Made by a program: the position numbers and the translations under genes. This document shows, one piece after another, positions 41,034 through 51,130 of a stretch of DNA of 64,000 nucleotides. Below the pieces are notes generated by a model. It had not been told where the DNA came from, did not search any database, and saw nothing but the letters and a program-made list of their open reading frames with translations. Every line of letters begins with the position of its first letter. The first letter of the stretch is position 1. Source of the stretch: an uncultured Gemmatimonadales bacterium (lineage in GTDB: Bacteria; Gemmatimonadota; Gemmatimonadetes; Gemmatimonadales; Gemmatimonadaceae); assembly GCA_963850905.1 (NCBI GenBank), contig CAWKMU010000003.1, positions 480,001-544,000 on the forward strand, written 5' to 3'.

Positions 41034-42454
41034 TGGCAGCGCGGTGGGTCGTCAGGCTTCGGCCATTCTATGAACGGAATCGACGGCCGGCCCCGGCACA
41101 TCGGGGCTGGTCGTTTTATTGGCCCCTGACGCCCCGTGCCATCGGCATCGTGCTCGGGCTAGGGCTCGGCGGAAGCGCGTGCAAGGACACGCCAGCCGCC
41201 TTTGGGTCGTCGCGCGCGGTGGCCCGGACGCATGCGGACGACCTGTTCACGAGTCTTCACCGCCGCTTCACCAACGTCGATCGCAGCCCGGAAGCAGCCG
41301 GCACTCTCGCCCGCATCGACCGGGCGGTGTTCACACCCTCGCAGGTGTTCGACGACTCGGTGCTCTGGAATGTCCTGCGGAGCGACAGCGTGCGCGTGAT
41401 GATGCTCACGGGACACGTCGCGCACGATCGGTATGTCGTCGCACAGGTGAACGAGACAGCAGCACCGCGCGAGCTCGCGGCTTCGCGCGATGAGATTCGC
41501 CTGGCACGCGTGGGACACGACCAGTATGAGTGGTCGACTTTTGTCGACCAGGTACTGGGTGCGGTGATGCCGGAGGATGTCGGCCGGATCGTGAGCTCCA
41601 TGCTCGCCGCTCCGGCCGCAACGGAGGAGACCGCGCTACACGCAGTGACGGCCGCGGCGTTCCCCAGGTCGAGCGAGGTGTTGGCGAAGGTGTTCTCCGT
41701 TGATAGCCTGCAGCGCACGCCGAGCGACGACGGCACGACCCTCGTCAACCTCGTAGTCGGCCTACATCCCGACGGGCTGCAGGCCGAATATCCCGCGTTT
41801 GCGACCTATTTGCGGACGTATCTCAATCCGGTGCGCTTGCGGTCTGTCGTTCGCGATGCGGCCGGCGGAGAGTGGTTCGATCTCGACCTCGGCGCGAATC
41901 GGCTCAGGATGCGCTTTCGCAGTGATCGTGATGGCCGCCTCGCGCCCATCGAGGGCCCACCACGGGCGATGCCCGACTCCCTCATGTTGGTCTCGGACTT
42001 TCACACCAAGGTCTGGCTCTTCTCGATCGGCATGACTGGACTCACGAGCAACGTCGCCCTTACGCATACCTCGCAGTCGCTGGGCGCCCAACTGACGTTC
42101 CGACAGGAGCCGCGTTGGCACTTGCCGCTCGCCGTCTCGCACTTCGTCAAAGGGTCCCTGCGCCGCCCCTTCGAGGGAAACGGCGCCCAGTATCGCGTGG
42201 CCGTGTCCAGCGCCGATGGGAACCACACCCTCCTCGAGCGAGAGGGCGACGTGACGGTTCAGGAAAGCATGATCATGCGGTGGTTCGGCGGCATCGGCGC
42301 ACACGCCTTTCGCGAGTTCTCCGGGCCAGCTGAAATCCAGGAGAGTGCGTATTTGGCGGCGGTGTTCAGCGCACTGCACGACGACGTCGACGCCGCGCTC
42401 ATGTCGCCCGCGACGGTCGCGGGTGACGTGGAAGCGGGAGCGAAAAAGCCCTAG
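41033..42454 (+). CDS. Hypothetical protein, possible lipoprotein
   Basis: Long ORF with normal composition; GSAC lipobox-like segment; true start probably downstream of 41033. Confidence 0.65.
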   Translation: MAARWVVRLRPFYERNRRPAPAHRGWSFYWPLTPRAIGIVLGLGLGGSACKDTPAAFGSSRAVARTHADDLFTSLHRRFTNVDRSPEAAGTLARIDRAVFTPSQVFDDSVLWNVLRSDSVRVMMLTGHVAHDRYVVAQVNETAAPRELAASRDEIRLARVGHDQYEWSTFVDQVLGAVMPEDVGRIVSSMLAAPAATEETALHAVTAAAFPRSSEVLAKVFSVDSLQRTPSDDGTTLVNLVVGLHPDGLQAEYPAFATYLRTYLNPVRLRSVVRDAAGGEWFDLDLGANRLRMRFRSDRDGRLAPIEGPPRAMPDSLMLVSDFHTKVWLFSIGMTGLTSNVALTHTSQSLGAQLTFRQEPRWHLPLAVSHFVKGSLRRPFEGNGAQYRVAVSSADGNHTLLEREGDVTVQESMIMRWFGGIGAHAFREFSGPAEIQESAYLAAVFSALHDDVDAALMSPATVAGDVEAGAKKP

Positions 42455-42698
42455 GGGCTGGGTGACGGGCGGCGGGCGCTAAAGCGCCAGGGAGAGTAGA
42501 TGCACCGAAAGTAGACACGGACCGCGCGGTCTACTTTCTACTCTCTGCGGGTCTACTTTCTGCGGGCGCCTTTGCGCCCGCCGGGGTATGCCACGCGCGC
42601 CGTCATTGGAACTCTCCGTCCTACCGAGCGGCGGCGGGCAAGATCCCCTTCGCGACATCTATGCCGCAACGCTGGCGAACCAGCGGGTGAGATCAGCA

Positions 42699-42771
42699 TG
42701 GAGCTGAGGGGAGTCGAACCCCTGACCTCTGCAGTGCGATTGCAGCGCTCTCCCAACTGAGCTACAGCCCC
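42699..42771 (-). tRNA. tRNA-Ala(CGC)
   Basis: GGGGCTGTAGCTCAGTTGGGAGAGCGCTGCAATCGCACTGCAGAGGTCAGGGGTTCGACTCCCCTCAGCTCCA; G3:U70 pair. Confidence 0.96.
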
Positions 42772-43076
42772 CAGCGCTGCAACGTAGAGACGGCTGTAGG
42801 GAAGTCAAGGTAACCACAGGACGCCAGACGTTGCACAGATTTGACGTTCAACGCCCCTCGTGCACCTCGCATCATGCCGCTGCGATGGCGCACGAAACCA
42901 ACTCCCCACGGCGCTCGCAGGGCGTAACGTCTGACATCTATGCCGCCGTGTGGCGGCATCGTGTGCGCTGATGCCGCCCGCCACCCGATTGACCGATCTG
43001 CTTGCGCTGCCATCACTCACCCCAAGATGGGGTGAGCAACGAGCGGCCAATCGGAGCGAGCGTCAGATCGGGGCGG

Positions 43077-43493
43077 CTAGCTCGCGGCCGCCCCTCCGCC
43101 GGCTTCGGCCTCGTCGCCCCGCGTCGAGCGGGAAACGCGGCTCCGATCTTCGACCACTGACTCGTTGCGCTGGGCAATGGCACGCCGTCGGGCGCTGGCG
43201 CTGCGCGCACCACCACCTTCACGGCCGATCGCCGCCATGTGCTCACGATCTCGGCTGACGGTCTCGCCACCTTTCCGTCCGGCGACGCGTGCTTCATCCG
43301 CCGTCCACTCGTGAGCCGTGCCTTTTTGATGCGCGGCACGACCGCCCTTGCTGGCGATTTCTCGTTGCCGCGCTCGATCCATTGACGCGAATCCACGATT
43401 ACTCGTGCCGCTTCGCGTCTGAGCGACCCGCCCCCGCCCCCCATCCATCTGCTCCACCCCGCGCTCAGTATCGGCGCTGATCCGATCCGCCAT
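43077..43493 (-). CDS. KGG-repeat general stress protein
   Basis: RGFASMD..RQREIASKGG, EARVAGRKGG, MAAIGREGG; GGAGGG RBS. Confidence 0.88.
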   Translation of the reverse strand: MADRISADTERGVEQMDGGRGRVAQTRSGTSNRGFASMDRARQREIASKGGRAAHQKGTAHEWTADEARVAGRKGGETVSRDREHMAAIGREGGGARSASARRRAIAQRNESVVEDRSRVSRSTRGDEAEAGGGAAAS

Positions 43494-43961
43494 TTCCCCT
43501 CCCTCTCTGCGACTTAATGCCTTTTCTGATCGTGAGACCACAATTAGCCCCGCAAAAGCGAGACCAAACCCGTGCTCGCCACTCTGACCGGCAGCGTCCC
43601 ACGCCGCCTCGCATCGTGGCGATCCCCGGCTTGTACGTCGATTCGACGCCACTGGGCTTCGGGAACACGTGGCGGCAAATGCTGCGCCAACGCCGCAGCG
43701 ATGAATAAATCCGCCACCAACCGGTGTCCTCTCGCACACCCCAGCGCGGGGAATCGACCCGGACGACCCGCATCGTACCCGCGGTTCGACCGCGCGGTCG
43801 TGCGAGATCGAGGCTCGCACCGCTCTCCTGCTGATATAATGAGCGTGCACGCACGACGCGAGTCGTCCTGACAGATCGGATGCCCGCGCGTCAATTGGAG
43901 GCCCATCGAGCGCCCCCAGACGCGGTCGGGCGCCGACCAGGCGCCGTTATATTCCTCGCCC

Positions 43962-44891
43962 ATGTCGCTCGCAGTGCGCTTTCTGGGTACGGCGGCGTCA
44001 CGGCCGACGGTCGAGCGCAACGTTTCGGCTATCGCTGTTGTACGTGACGGCGAGACGCTCATGTTCGACTGTGGCGAAGGGACGCAGCGCCAGATGATGC
44101 GCTACGGTATCTCGTTCGTGCTTGGCGACATTTTCTTCACGCACTTCCACACCGATCATGTACTCGGTGTGATCGGGCTCCTGCGCACGATGCAACTGCA
44201 GGGCCGCACCGAGGTCTTGCGGGTGTGGGGACCGCGGGGGGTGACCAAGGTCCTACATCGCGCCGAGGTCTTCAATAGCGATCGCCTCGGGTACCCGGTG
44301 TCCATTACCGAGCTCGAGCCCGGGACGCCAATTGCCCGCGCGGGCTACGCCATCCTCCCCTTCACCGTCTCGCACCAGGGCACCCCAGCCCTGGGCTATG
44401 CGCTGATCGAAGAGATCCGGCGCGGACGATTCCACCCCGATCGCGCCCGCGACTTGGGCATCCCGGAAGGACCCCTCTGGGGCCAACTCCACAAAGGGCA
44501 CCCCGTCACCCTCCCCGACGGGCGTGTGATCGAGGCGAGTGACCTCGTGGGCCCCTCACGGCCCGGTCGGCGGTTGGTCCTCACCGGGGACACGCGGCCC
44601 TGCGACACGACGGTCGAAATCGCGACCGGGGCCGATCTCCTGGTGCACGAAGCCACGTTCTCCGAGGAGGAGGCGGCGCGCGCCGTGGAGACCGGCCACT
44701 CGACCGCCCGCGAGGCCGCCGACGTCGCCGCACGAGCCGGCGTGCGCCAGCTCGTGCTCACCCACCTCTCCGCCCGCTACACCCGCGACACGTCAGACCT
44801 CGAGCGCGACGCCCGCGCCGTATTCCCAGGCACGATCGTCGCTCGTGACGGCATGGAGATCGATGTCCCGTTCCCCGACGAGGCGTGTTGA
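43962..44891 (+). CDS. rnz: Ribonuclease Z
   Basis: FLGTAAS.PT.ERN, FDCGEGTQ, THFHTDH, exosite GIPEGP, GDTRP, HEATF, HST, HLSARY. Confidence 0.95.
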   Translation: MSLAVRFLGTAASRPTVERNVSAIAVVRDGETLMFDCGEGTQRQMMRYGISFVLGDIFFTHFHTDHVLGVIGLLRTMQLQGRTEVLRVWGPRGVTKVLHRAEVFNSDRLGYPVSITELEPGTPIARAGYAILPFTVSHQGTPALGYALIEEIRRGRFHPDRARDLGIPEGPLWGQLHKGHPVTLPDGRVIEASDLVGPSRPGRRLVLTGDTRPCDTTVEIATGADLLVHEATFSEEEAARAVETGHSTAREAADVAARAGVRQLVLTHLSARYTRDTSDLERDARAVFPGTIVARDGMEIDVPFPDEAC

Positions 44892-44898
44892 TCGGCGG

Positions 44899-44923
44899 GT
44901 AGGGGCGACGCCATGCGTCGCCC
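44899..44923 (+). repeat. GTAG-REP hairpin between convergent genes
   Basis: GTAGGGGCGACGCCATGCGTCGCCC. Confidence 0.88.
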
Positions 44924-44979
44924 GTCGTCACCGCCCGAACGTTGTTCCCGTCACCGCCCGTCACCCAGCCTTTCGCCCT

Positions 44980-45384
44980 TCACGCCGCCACCCGCGGGCC
45001 TATCGGCTGTCGCCCCGCGTATCCGGCGTCGATCTCATGCCAGTACTCCACGGCAGGCTCTCCGAGCCGCCAGCAGAGATAGACGGTCCGCCCGTCTCGC
45101 TGCGCCGGAAAGTCGACGAGGCCCTGAACGTAGTCCTTGAACTCGACGCCCAGCGCCGCCAGCTCCTGCTGGAAGTGCTCCAGTTCCACTGCGAGTGCCG
45201 CCACTTCGCGCTCGAGCTCCGCGGCGCGCGGATCGGGCGAGCCCACAGTGTTCGACACGGACACCAGCTCGAACTCGCGGACCCGCGCCTGCCAGCGGCC
45301 GAATTGCACGACGATGTCTTCGACGATGCGCCGCACCAGCGGCAGGGTCCTGTTGGCCAGTTCCGGCGTGAAGAATTGCGGCAT
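44980..45384 (-). CDS. DUF2203 family protein
   Basis: FTPELAN..LP, GLVDFP, YLCWRLGEP, WH...AGYAGRQP. Confidence 0.88.
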   Translation of the reverse strand: MPQFFTPELANRTLPLVRRIVEDIVVQFGRWQARVREFELVSVSNTVGSPDPRAAELEREVAALAVELEHFQQELAALGVEFKDYVQGLVDFPAQRDGRTVYLCWRLGEPAVEYWHEIDAGYAGRQPIGPRVAA

Positions 45385-45386
45385 CG

Positions 45387-45881
45387 CTAGCGTCTCTCTT
45401 CGGCCGCGCGTTCCTCGAGCCGGCGACGCCGGCGCTCCTGCGCGGCAGCGTAGCGCCGCACCTCCTCCGGCGTCTCTGGCACGAGCGGCGGCACTTCGAT
45501 GGGTCGTCCGTTGCGGTCCACCGCCACGAAGGTCAGGTATGCCGAATTCGTGTGCCGGCGGCGGCCGGTGATCAAGTCCTCAGCCTCGACGCGGACGCCG
45601 ACCTCCATCGACGTGCGACCGGCGAAGTTCACACTGGCCTGCATCACGACGAGATCACCGACGTGGATCGGTTCGCGGAAATCGACTCGGTCGATCGAAG
45701 CAGTGACACACGCCGACCGCGCGTGCCGGAAGGCCGAAATCGCGGCCGTCTTGTCCATCATACCGAGAATCACACCGCCAAACACATGGCCCAGCAAATT
45801 GGCGTTCTGCGGCATCATGAGTTCGGATGTCTCCTGCTGGGACTCACGAACGGCGCGTGGCCGGAGGTGCGAATCTGACAT
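45387..45881 (-). CDS. Acyl-CoA thioesterase (hotdog fold)
   Basis: ANLLGHVFGG, VTASIDRVDF, GRTSMEVGV, AYLTFVAVD. Confidence 0.93.
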   Translation of the reverse strand: MSDSHLRPRAVRESQQETSELMMPQNANLLGHVFGGVILGMMDKTAAISAFRHARSACVTASIDRVDFREPIHVGDLVVMQASVNFAGRTSMEVGVRVEAEDLITGRRRHTNSAYLTFVAVDRNGRPIEVPPLVPETPEEVRRYAAAQERRRRRLEERAAEERR

Positions 45882-45901
45882 GGGTCGAATGCGTGCCTGG
45901 A

Positions 45902-47365
45902 TCAGGGGCGAGACGCCGCGGGACCGCGACGCCCGTGTCCGACGGGGCGGGGCGCGGCCCGGTCACCAGTCGGGGAGTCGTGTGTACCGCTCGCACCACG
46001 TGACCGAGGCGTTCGCGTCCTGAACGACACGAACGCGACGCCGTAGCTTCGGCCGCGATGAGACGGTGTCGGGAGCGCCACACTGCGCGCGTCGTCACCG
46101 TAGAGCGCGGACTCGTCGAATGCGCGAACGAGCGCGCGGCGAGTCACCGAATCCACAGGCGGGGTATCGAGCCAGTAAATCCGGCGCGTCGGCGCCGGAA
46201 AACGACCCACGCGCCACTCGCGATGCGCGCCGTCCCGTCCCCCGCTGGCCACGCCCGATCGACGCAACACGAGCACGACGCCCTGCCCCTGGTCAGGACC
46301 CCCGGCCGTGTCATACCTGGCGATGATTTCGACATCCGATCGAGGCGTCCAGTGATCGCTCGCCGAATCGGCTCCCCCGAATGGCAGGCTCGCTCGTTCC
46401 GCCAGCCACCAGGGTGAGGTACCCCCCTCGACCAACCGGATCGGGGGCACCGGCAAGGTCAGACCTTCGCCACTCCCTGTCCCCCGCGCGAAGAACTGCA
46501 CCCCTGGGTCACGGTCGACATCGAGGATCGAGAACGACAGCGGATCGAATAGGAACCCGCCCAGCGACGCGGCAGCACGTCCCGCCCGCTCGTCACCCGC
46601 GGCCTTCGCGGCCCGCACGGAGTCGACAGCCGCCGCGAACGCGCGGCGCCCTCGGGCAATGGCGGTTTCCGCGACGACGGGCCCGAACAGGCCCCGGAGC
46701 GTGGCTGCCTTCGCGAGTCTCAGATCCACGACCCCCCGCCGGACCGTCTCGCGCTCGGTCGCGCTGATCTCCCCGGTATCCGGCGACGTCCCATGGAATC
46801 GCTTCGTCGACGATGTGCCGTGGTACTCGTATGACACGTACGGACCATCGACATCGATGATGTCGACCTCGCCCGTCACCGACGTCGTCGGGTCTTCGGC
46901 AGCATCGGCGTCCGGCGCGAGCGGTGCGTCGTGGGGATGCGTCCGAGAGTAGCTGCGCGCCGCCATCGCGACGGTCGAATCTCTGAAGACCGGCTCGGAG
47001 TCGCCGGTCAGCAAGTCCCGCCGGTAGATGCGCTGCGTCGTGAACACGGCGTCGTAGAAGGAATGATCTTCGTCCGCGACGTACAGCTCGTAGAACCGTC
47101 CGCCGTAATAGGCCAGAAGAAGCGGCGAGCCCCGGACGCGCACACCCTGCGGGCCGGTCGTTACCCAGAAGGTCGAATCTCCGGCGGCGAGCAAGAACTC
47201 AGTCGTTGGCGCCGGCGCGGCGGCATGCTCGATGTGTTTCGCGCGGCACGCGGTTCCCGAGACGAGCATCAACGCGCCGACCACCGCTGCTGACGACCGA
47301 TGCAGGCCGAGTCCGGCACCTGACCCGCGACGTCGCACCGTCGCCCGGGACGCTTCGTGACGCAT
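45902..47365 (-). CDS. Hypothetical protein, possible lipoprotein
   Basis: Long ORF; hydrophobic segment ending GTAC; no family recognised. Confidence 0.6.
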   Translation of the reverse strand: MRHEASRATVRRRGSGAGLGLHRSSAAVVGALMLVSGTACRAKHIEHAAAPAPTTEFLLAAGDSTFWVTTGPQGVRVRGSPLLLAYYGGRFYELYVADEDHSFYDAVFTTQRIYRRDLLTGDSEPVFRDSTVAMAARSYSRTHPHDAPLAPDADAAEDPTTSVTGEVDIIDVDGPYVSYEYHGTSSTKRFHGTSPDTGEISATERETVRRGVVDLRLAKAATLRGLFGPVVAETAIARGRRAFAAAVDSVRAAKAAGDERAGRAAASLGGFLFDPLSFSILDVDRDPGVQFFARGTGSGEGLTLPVPPIRLVEGGTSPWWLAERASLPFGGADSASDHWTPRSDVEIIARYDTAGGPDQGQGVVLVLRRSGVASGGRDGAHREWRVGRFPAPTRRIYWLDTPPVDSVTRRALVRAFDESALYGDDARSVALPTPSHRGRSYGVAFVSFRTRTPRSRGASGTHDSPTGDRAAPRPVGHGRRGPAASRP

Positions 47366-47450
47366 CACGGGGGAATATAGTCTTCGTTGGTTAGATTTCG
47401 CCGTTTTCAAGACACACTCTGCATCAGCCGTCCCTCTGCTCACTGTCGTC

Positions 47451-48746
47451 GTGCCCGCCTTGCCGCTCGCTCCCCGATTGCGACGACCCGTCGCGCTGAC
47501 GGCGTTTTCTCTCTGGGCGTGCAGCGCCGCTCCGGGTAACTCCACAGCATCCAACCGCGCGCGTGCGAGCGCGACGCCCCCGCCTGCGGTCGTCGCATCG
47601 GCGCCGCACACGCCCCCCACGATCGCGCGTGCGACACCCGGCCGCCGTCTCCGACCACGGGCGACCACGGGCGACTCGGCGCCGGACGTGCTTCGCGGAC
47701 TGTACGTCAATCGCTTCGCGGCACAAAGTCCGCGAAAGATGCGTTCGCTGATCGAGTTGGCTGATTCGACCGAGATCAATGCGTTCGTCATCGACATCAA
47801 GGACGAATTCGGTATCAACTACGCGTCTACGGATACACTCATCCGACGAAATGCCGGGCGCGCGGGCACAATTCCGGACCTGCCCGGCCTGCTCGACACG
47901 CTGCACGCACACCATATCGCCGCCATCGCACGCATCGTGGTCTTCAAGGATTCCGTCGCCGCTCGCCTCAATCCAACGTGGACGATTCGGAAGACCGATG
48001 GGTCGCCATGGCGTGACAAGAAAGGCTTGATGTGGGTCAACCCGTACGACCGCGCGCTCTGGGAGTACGACCTGCATGCCGCGGAAGAAGTGGCGCGCCT
48101 CGGTTTCGATGAGGTCCAGTTCGACTACATCCGCTTCCCCGAGCCATACAAGAGCCTCCCGACCCAGGTATTCCCGGGCGCGCACGATGGTCCGAAGGCC
48201 GCGGTGCTGGCCGAGTTCCTCAGGATGGCCCACGAGCGGCTGCACAAGCTTGGCGTACGGACTACTGCCGACATTTTTGGCATGGTGACAAGCGTGTCAG
48301 GCACGCTCGAGGTGGGGCAGCAGTGGGAGACCCTCGCACCCACCGTCGATGTGCTGCTCCCCATGGTGTATCCGTCGCACTATCCGGCCGGATCGTTCAA
48401 CCTGCCCCACCCCAACGGCGACCCATACCAGGTGGTCTTTGCCGCCATCTCGGCCGCCCACCGTCGTGACGCCACGATCGGTCTGACCGGGCAGCAAGTC
48501 CGCCCCTGGCTGCAGGCCTTCACCCTCGGGGCGCCCCGCTACGGCGCCGCCGAGGTCCTCGCCCAAAAACGCGCCGTCTACGACGCCGGCTACCAGGGCT
48601 GGGTGCTGTGGAATCCTGGCTCGCAGTACAATCCGGTGCAGAGCGCGTTGGCGAAGAAGGGCGCTAACGGCGGGATCAGGGATCAGGGACCAGGGGCGAG
48701 GGAACCCACCGCGAAAGCGGTCACCAATCCGCAACCACCGGCCTAG
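47451..48746 (+). CDS. Putative glycoside hydrolase (DUF4015-like)
   Basis: NAFVIDIKD, IARIVVFKD, GFDEVQFDYIRFP, PMVYPSHY, RPWLQAF. Confidence 0.85.
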   Translation: MPALPLAPRLRRPVALTAFSLWACSAAPGNSTASNRARASATPPPAVVASAPHTPPTIARATPGRRLRPRATTGDSAPDVLRGLYVNRFAAQSPRKMRSLIELADSTEINAFVIDIKDEFGINYASTDTLIRRNAGRAGTIPDLPGLLDTLHAHHIAAIARIVVFKDSVAARLNPTWTIRKTDGSPWRDKKGLMWVNPYDRALWEYDLHAAEEVARLGFDEVQFDYIRFPEPYKSLPTQVFPGAHDGPKAAVLAEFLRMAHERLHKLGVRTTADIFGMVTSVSGTLEVGQQWETLAPTVDVLLPMVYPSHYPAGSFNLPHPNGDPYQVVFAAISAAHRRDATIGLTGQQVRPWLQAFTLGAPRYGAAEVLAQKRAVYDAGYQGWVLWNPGSQYNPVQSALAKKGANGGIRDQGPGAREPTAKAVTNPQPPA

Positions 48747-48880
48747 GCGTTAGCTCCCCGATAACCGAAACGCCGGTCGACATGCACCACGACTGGCCTA
48801 GGGCCGGTAGGGGCGACGCATTGCGTCGCCCGCTGTTGTCGTGGCAGTTGTTCCTGACCCCTGACCCCTGACCCCTGACC
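48672..48880 (+). repeat. Composite element with REP at 48807; left arm overlaps the 3' end of the DUF4015 gene
   Basis: GGGATCAGGGATCAGGGACCAGGGG ... REP ... (CCCCTGA)x3-4. Confidence 0.85.
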
Positions 48881-48901
48881 GCTGATCCCGCTGTTGGGCC
48901 G

Positions 48902-51130
48902 TCACATCTTCGCACTGACCGTCAGCGTGAGACGCATTGGCAGGCCAGGCGTCAGGAATGGAACGACCGGGGGATTCGCCGGTGGACTGTTCGCCCCATA
49001 CGGGCCCAGCGAATTCTCGGCTTCGATGCCGTACGTGTCATACCGGCGGTTCAAGAGATTCTCGACGGCGAGCTCCACGCCGAACCATCGATACGCCACC
49101 TGTCCGCCGAGTCCCGCCACCACGTAGCCCGGTACCTCGGGGCGCTGGTTGGACTCATCGCCCTGGAGATACTGCCCAGAGTATCCCCGCACATCCGCGA
49201 GCACATCGACGACGGTTCGGCCAAAGAGCCTGGTCCAGCCGATGCCCAGGCGGCCCCGGTGCAGCGGTGACGACGGAAAGATGTCACCCGGCCGCGTCGG
49301 CCGCGGCGCAGTGTCAGCGGTCTCGATCTGAATGGTGCTCTGGTAGGTCGCAGCCACATAGCTGTACGACGCGAAGAGCCTGAGCCGATCCGGGAGCCCA
49401 ACCTGGCCCGACGCCTCCACGCCCGCTCGCCGCGTGCGTGGCACGTTCACGAAGTAGACTTGCGTCAGGTTCGGTGATGCGAACTGGATGTCGTTCAAGA
49501 CGTTGGTCCAGAACAGATCCACGTCGAGGTGCGTGCGGTTGGTGAGGTCGACATCCAGTCCACCCTCGAAGTCTTGCGACGAAACGGGCTGCAGGTGCGG
49601 GTCGGAGCCGAGCGCCGACGGGAGCGAGCACGGCGCCGTCGGGCTTGCGCACGCGAGCTCCAGCGCCGCCGGTGCACGAAAGCCGCTCTTGAATGCCGCG
49701 TAGACCTTGAGATCCTCGGTGATGCGATACGTGGCTCCGATCTCGGGTGAGAGACGATCGTAGGAGCTCGTCCCGTCGTTGGCGGCATTCAGGTCGTCGA
49801 CGAAGGGGATGTGGACGTAGTCCGCTCGTGCACCCGCCGTCACGTCGACGGCGGGCGATACACTCACGATCGCCTGCACGTAGGCCCCGGCATTCTCTTG
49901 ATGCACGTCGGCGAGCGTGGCAATAGAGTCCGGCCGGCCGCCCCCGACGTTGACGAGACGGAAGTGCACATTGTCCCGCTCGTACTCCACGCCCCCGGTC
50001 AGCCCCACCGGCACGGCGCCGATCAGGAACGGACGCGTCCACTCCGCCGTCAGCCCGCCCGACGCGTTGGAGATGAATCCGTCCGTGTTCGGTGGCGGCT
50101 CATTGGCGTTGAATTGCTCGAAGTTGTTGCGGCGTACAAACACCGTGCCGCGCACGATCCCGCCGGCTACTGACTCCGTCGCTCGGAGATTGAGGGCGTA
50201 CGCCTCGGGCGCGAAGAAATCGCCGGGCGTGTAGTTGATGCGGGGATCGATCGCCAGATAGCTCTGCGGCAGCGATCCGGCCTCGTACAGTCGGTCATGG
50301 CCGTACATGATGCTGAGCGCGATGTCGCCGGTATCACGCGCGGCACCCCACTGGTGCCCAATGGTCGCAAACACGTTCCGCGTGTTGGACGATGTGGCGT
50401 CGCGCCACCCGGTGCCATTCATCCCCGTCGCGGCGATGAACCCGTCGAGCGATCCAGCCTTGCCACCCGCAGTGACCGTCGCGATCTGTTCGCCGAACGA
50501 CCCCGCGCCCAACTCCACCGACGCCTCCGGCGTGTCCCCGCCCCGTCGTGTCGCCAAGAGGATCGTGCCGCCCAGAGAGTTCCGTCCGAACAACACGTTG
50601 GATCCCCGCACCAGCGTTGCCCGGTCGACAGCCGCCATGGGCAGCAAGTCGAAGTTCACTTCCTGTGCATCGGGTTCGTTGACGCGCATGCCGTCGAGGA
50701 ACACGCTGACGCCCTGGGGTGACCCGACGACGGGCGACACCGTAAAGCCGCGGACCTCGAGCTCGGGCTGCAGTGGGCTGCCCTGGTCATCGTACATGTT
50801 GACGCCCGGGAGATCTTGCAGCCCCTGCGGAAGCGACGCCGGACCGGCCACCGTGTGCGCCAGATCTATCCGCTCGACCTGTGTAGGCGAGCGCTCATCG
50901 ACGTCCGACAACCGCGTGCCGGTCACGACGACCGCCGACAGGCGCCGGGTCGCCCGGCGCAGGGAGTCGACATGCGCACTGTCGCGCCGCGTCGAGTCGA
51001 CCGCGCTGCCCGCCTGCGGCTGCTGCGCCCACCCGGGGACCGTGACCACCATTAGTATGGCCGTCGCGACGGCGGCAGCGATCGCTGCCCGGCATGGCAG
51101 GGAGCTTATGCGATCTCGACTCCGGCCCAT
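48902..51130 (-). CDS. TonB-dependent receptor
   Basis: VVVTGTR, plug RGFTVSPVVGSPQG..FLDGMRVNE, FGRNSLGG, VENLLNRRY; start uncertain. Confidence 0.9.
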   Translation of the reverse strand: MGRSRDRISSLPCRAAIAAAVATAILMVVTVPGWAQQPQAGSAVDSTRRDSAHVDSLRRATRRLSAVVVTGTRLSDVDERSPTQVERIDLAHTVAGPASLPQGLQDLPGVNMYDDQGSPLQPELEVRGFTVSPVVGSPQGVSVFLDGMRVNEPDAQEVNFDLLPMAAVDRATLVRGSNVLFGRNSLGGTILLATRRGGDTPEASVELGAGSFGEQIATVTAGGKAGSLDGFIAATGMNGTGWRDATSSNTRNVFATIGHQWGAARDTGDIALSIMYGHDRLYEAGSLPQSYLAIDPRINYTPGDFFAPEAYALNLRATESVAGGIVRGTVFVRRNNFEQFNANEPPPNTDGFISNASGGLTAEWTRPFLIGAVPVGLTGGVEYERDNVHFRLVNVGGGRPDSIATLADVHQENAGAYVQAIVSVSPAVDVTAGARADYVHIPFVDDLNAANDGTSSYDRLSPEIGATYRITEDLKVYAAFKSGFRAPAALELACASPTAPCSLPSALGSDPHLQPVSSQDFEGGLDVDLTNRTHLDVDLFWTNVLNDIQFASPNLTQVYFVNVPRTRRAGVEASGQVGLPDRLRLFASYSYVAATYQSTIQIETADTAPRPTRPGDIFPSSPLHRGRLGIGWTRLFGRTVVDVLADVRGYSGQYLQGDESNQRPEVPGYVVAGLGGQVAYRWFGVELAVENLLNRRYDTYGIEAENSLGPYGANSPPANPPVVPFLTPGLPMRLTLTVSAKM

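Noticed and set aside
40683..41129. Short ORFs over the intron as a homing endonuclease
   Set aside because: They overlap tRNA exons and the ribozyme core and lack LAGLIDADG, HNH or GIY-YIG motifs.
40739..42771. tRNAs as integration sites of a genomic island
   Set aside because: No integrase, no duplicated tRNA 3' end noticed, and no compositional shift.
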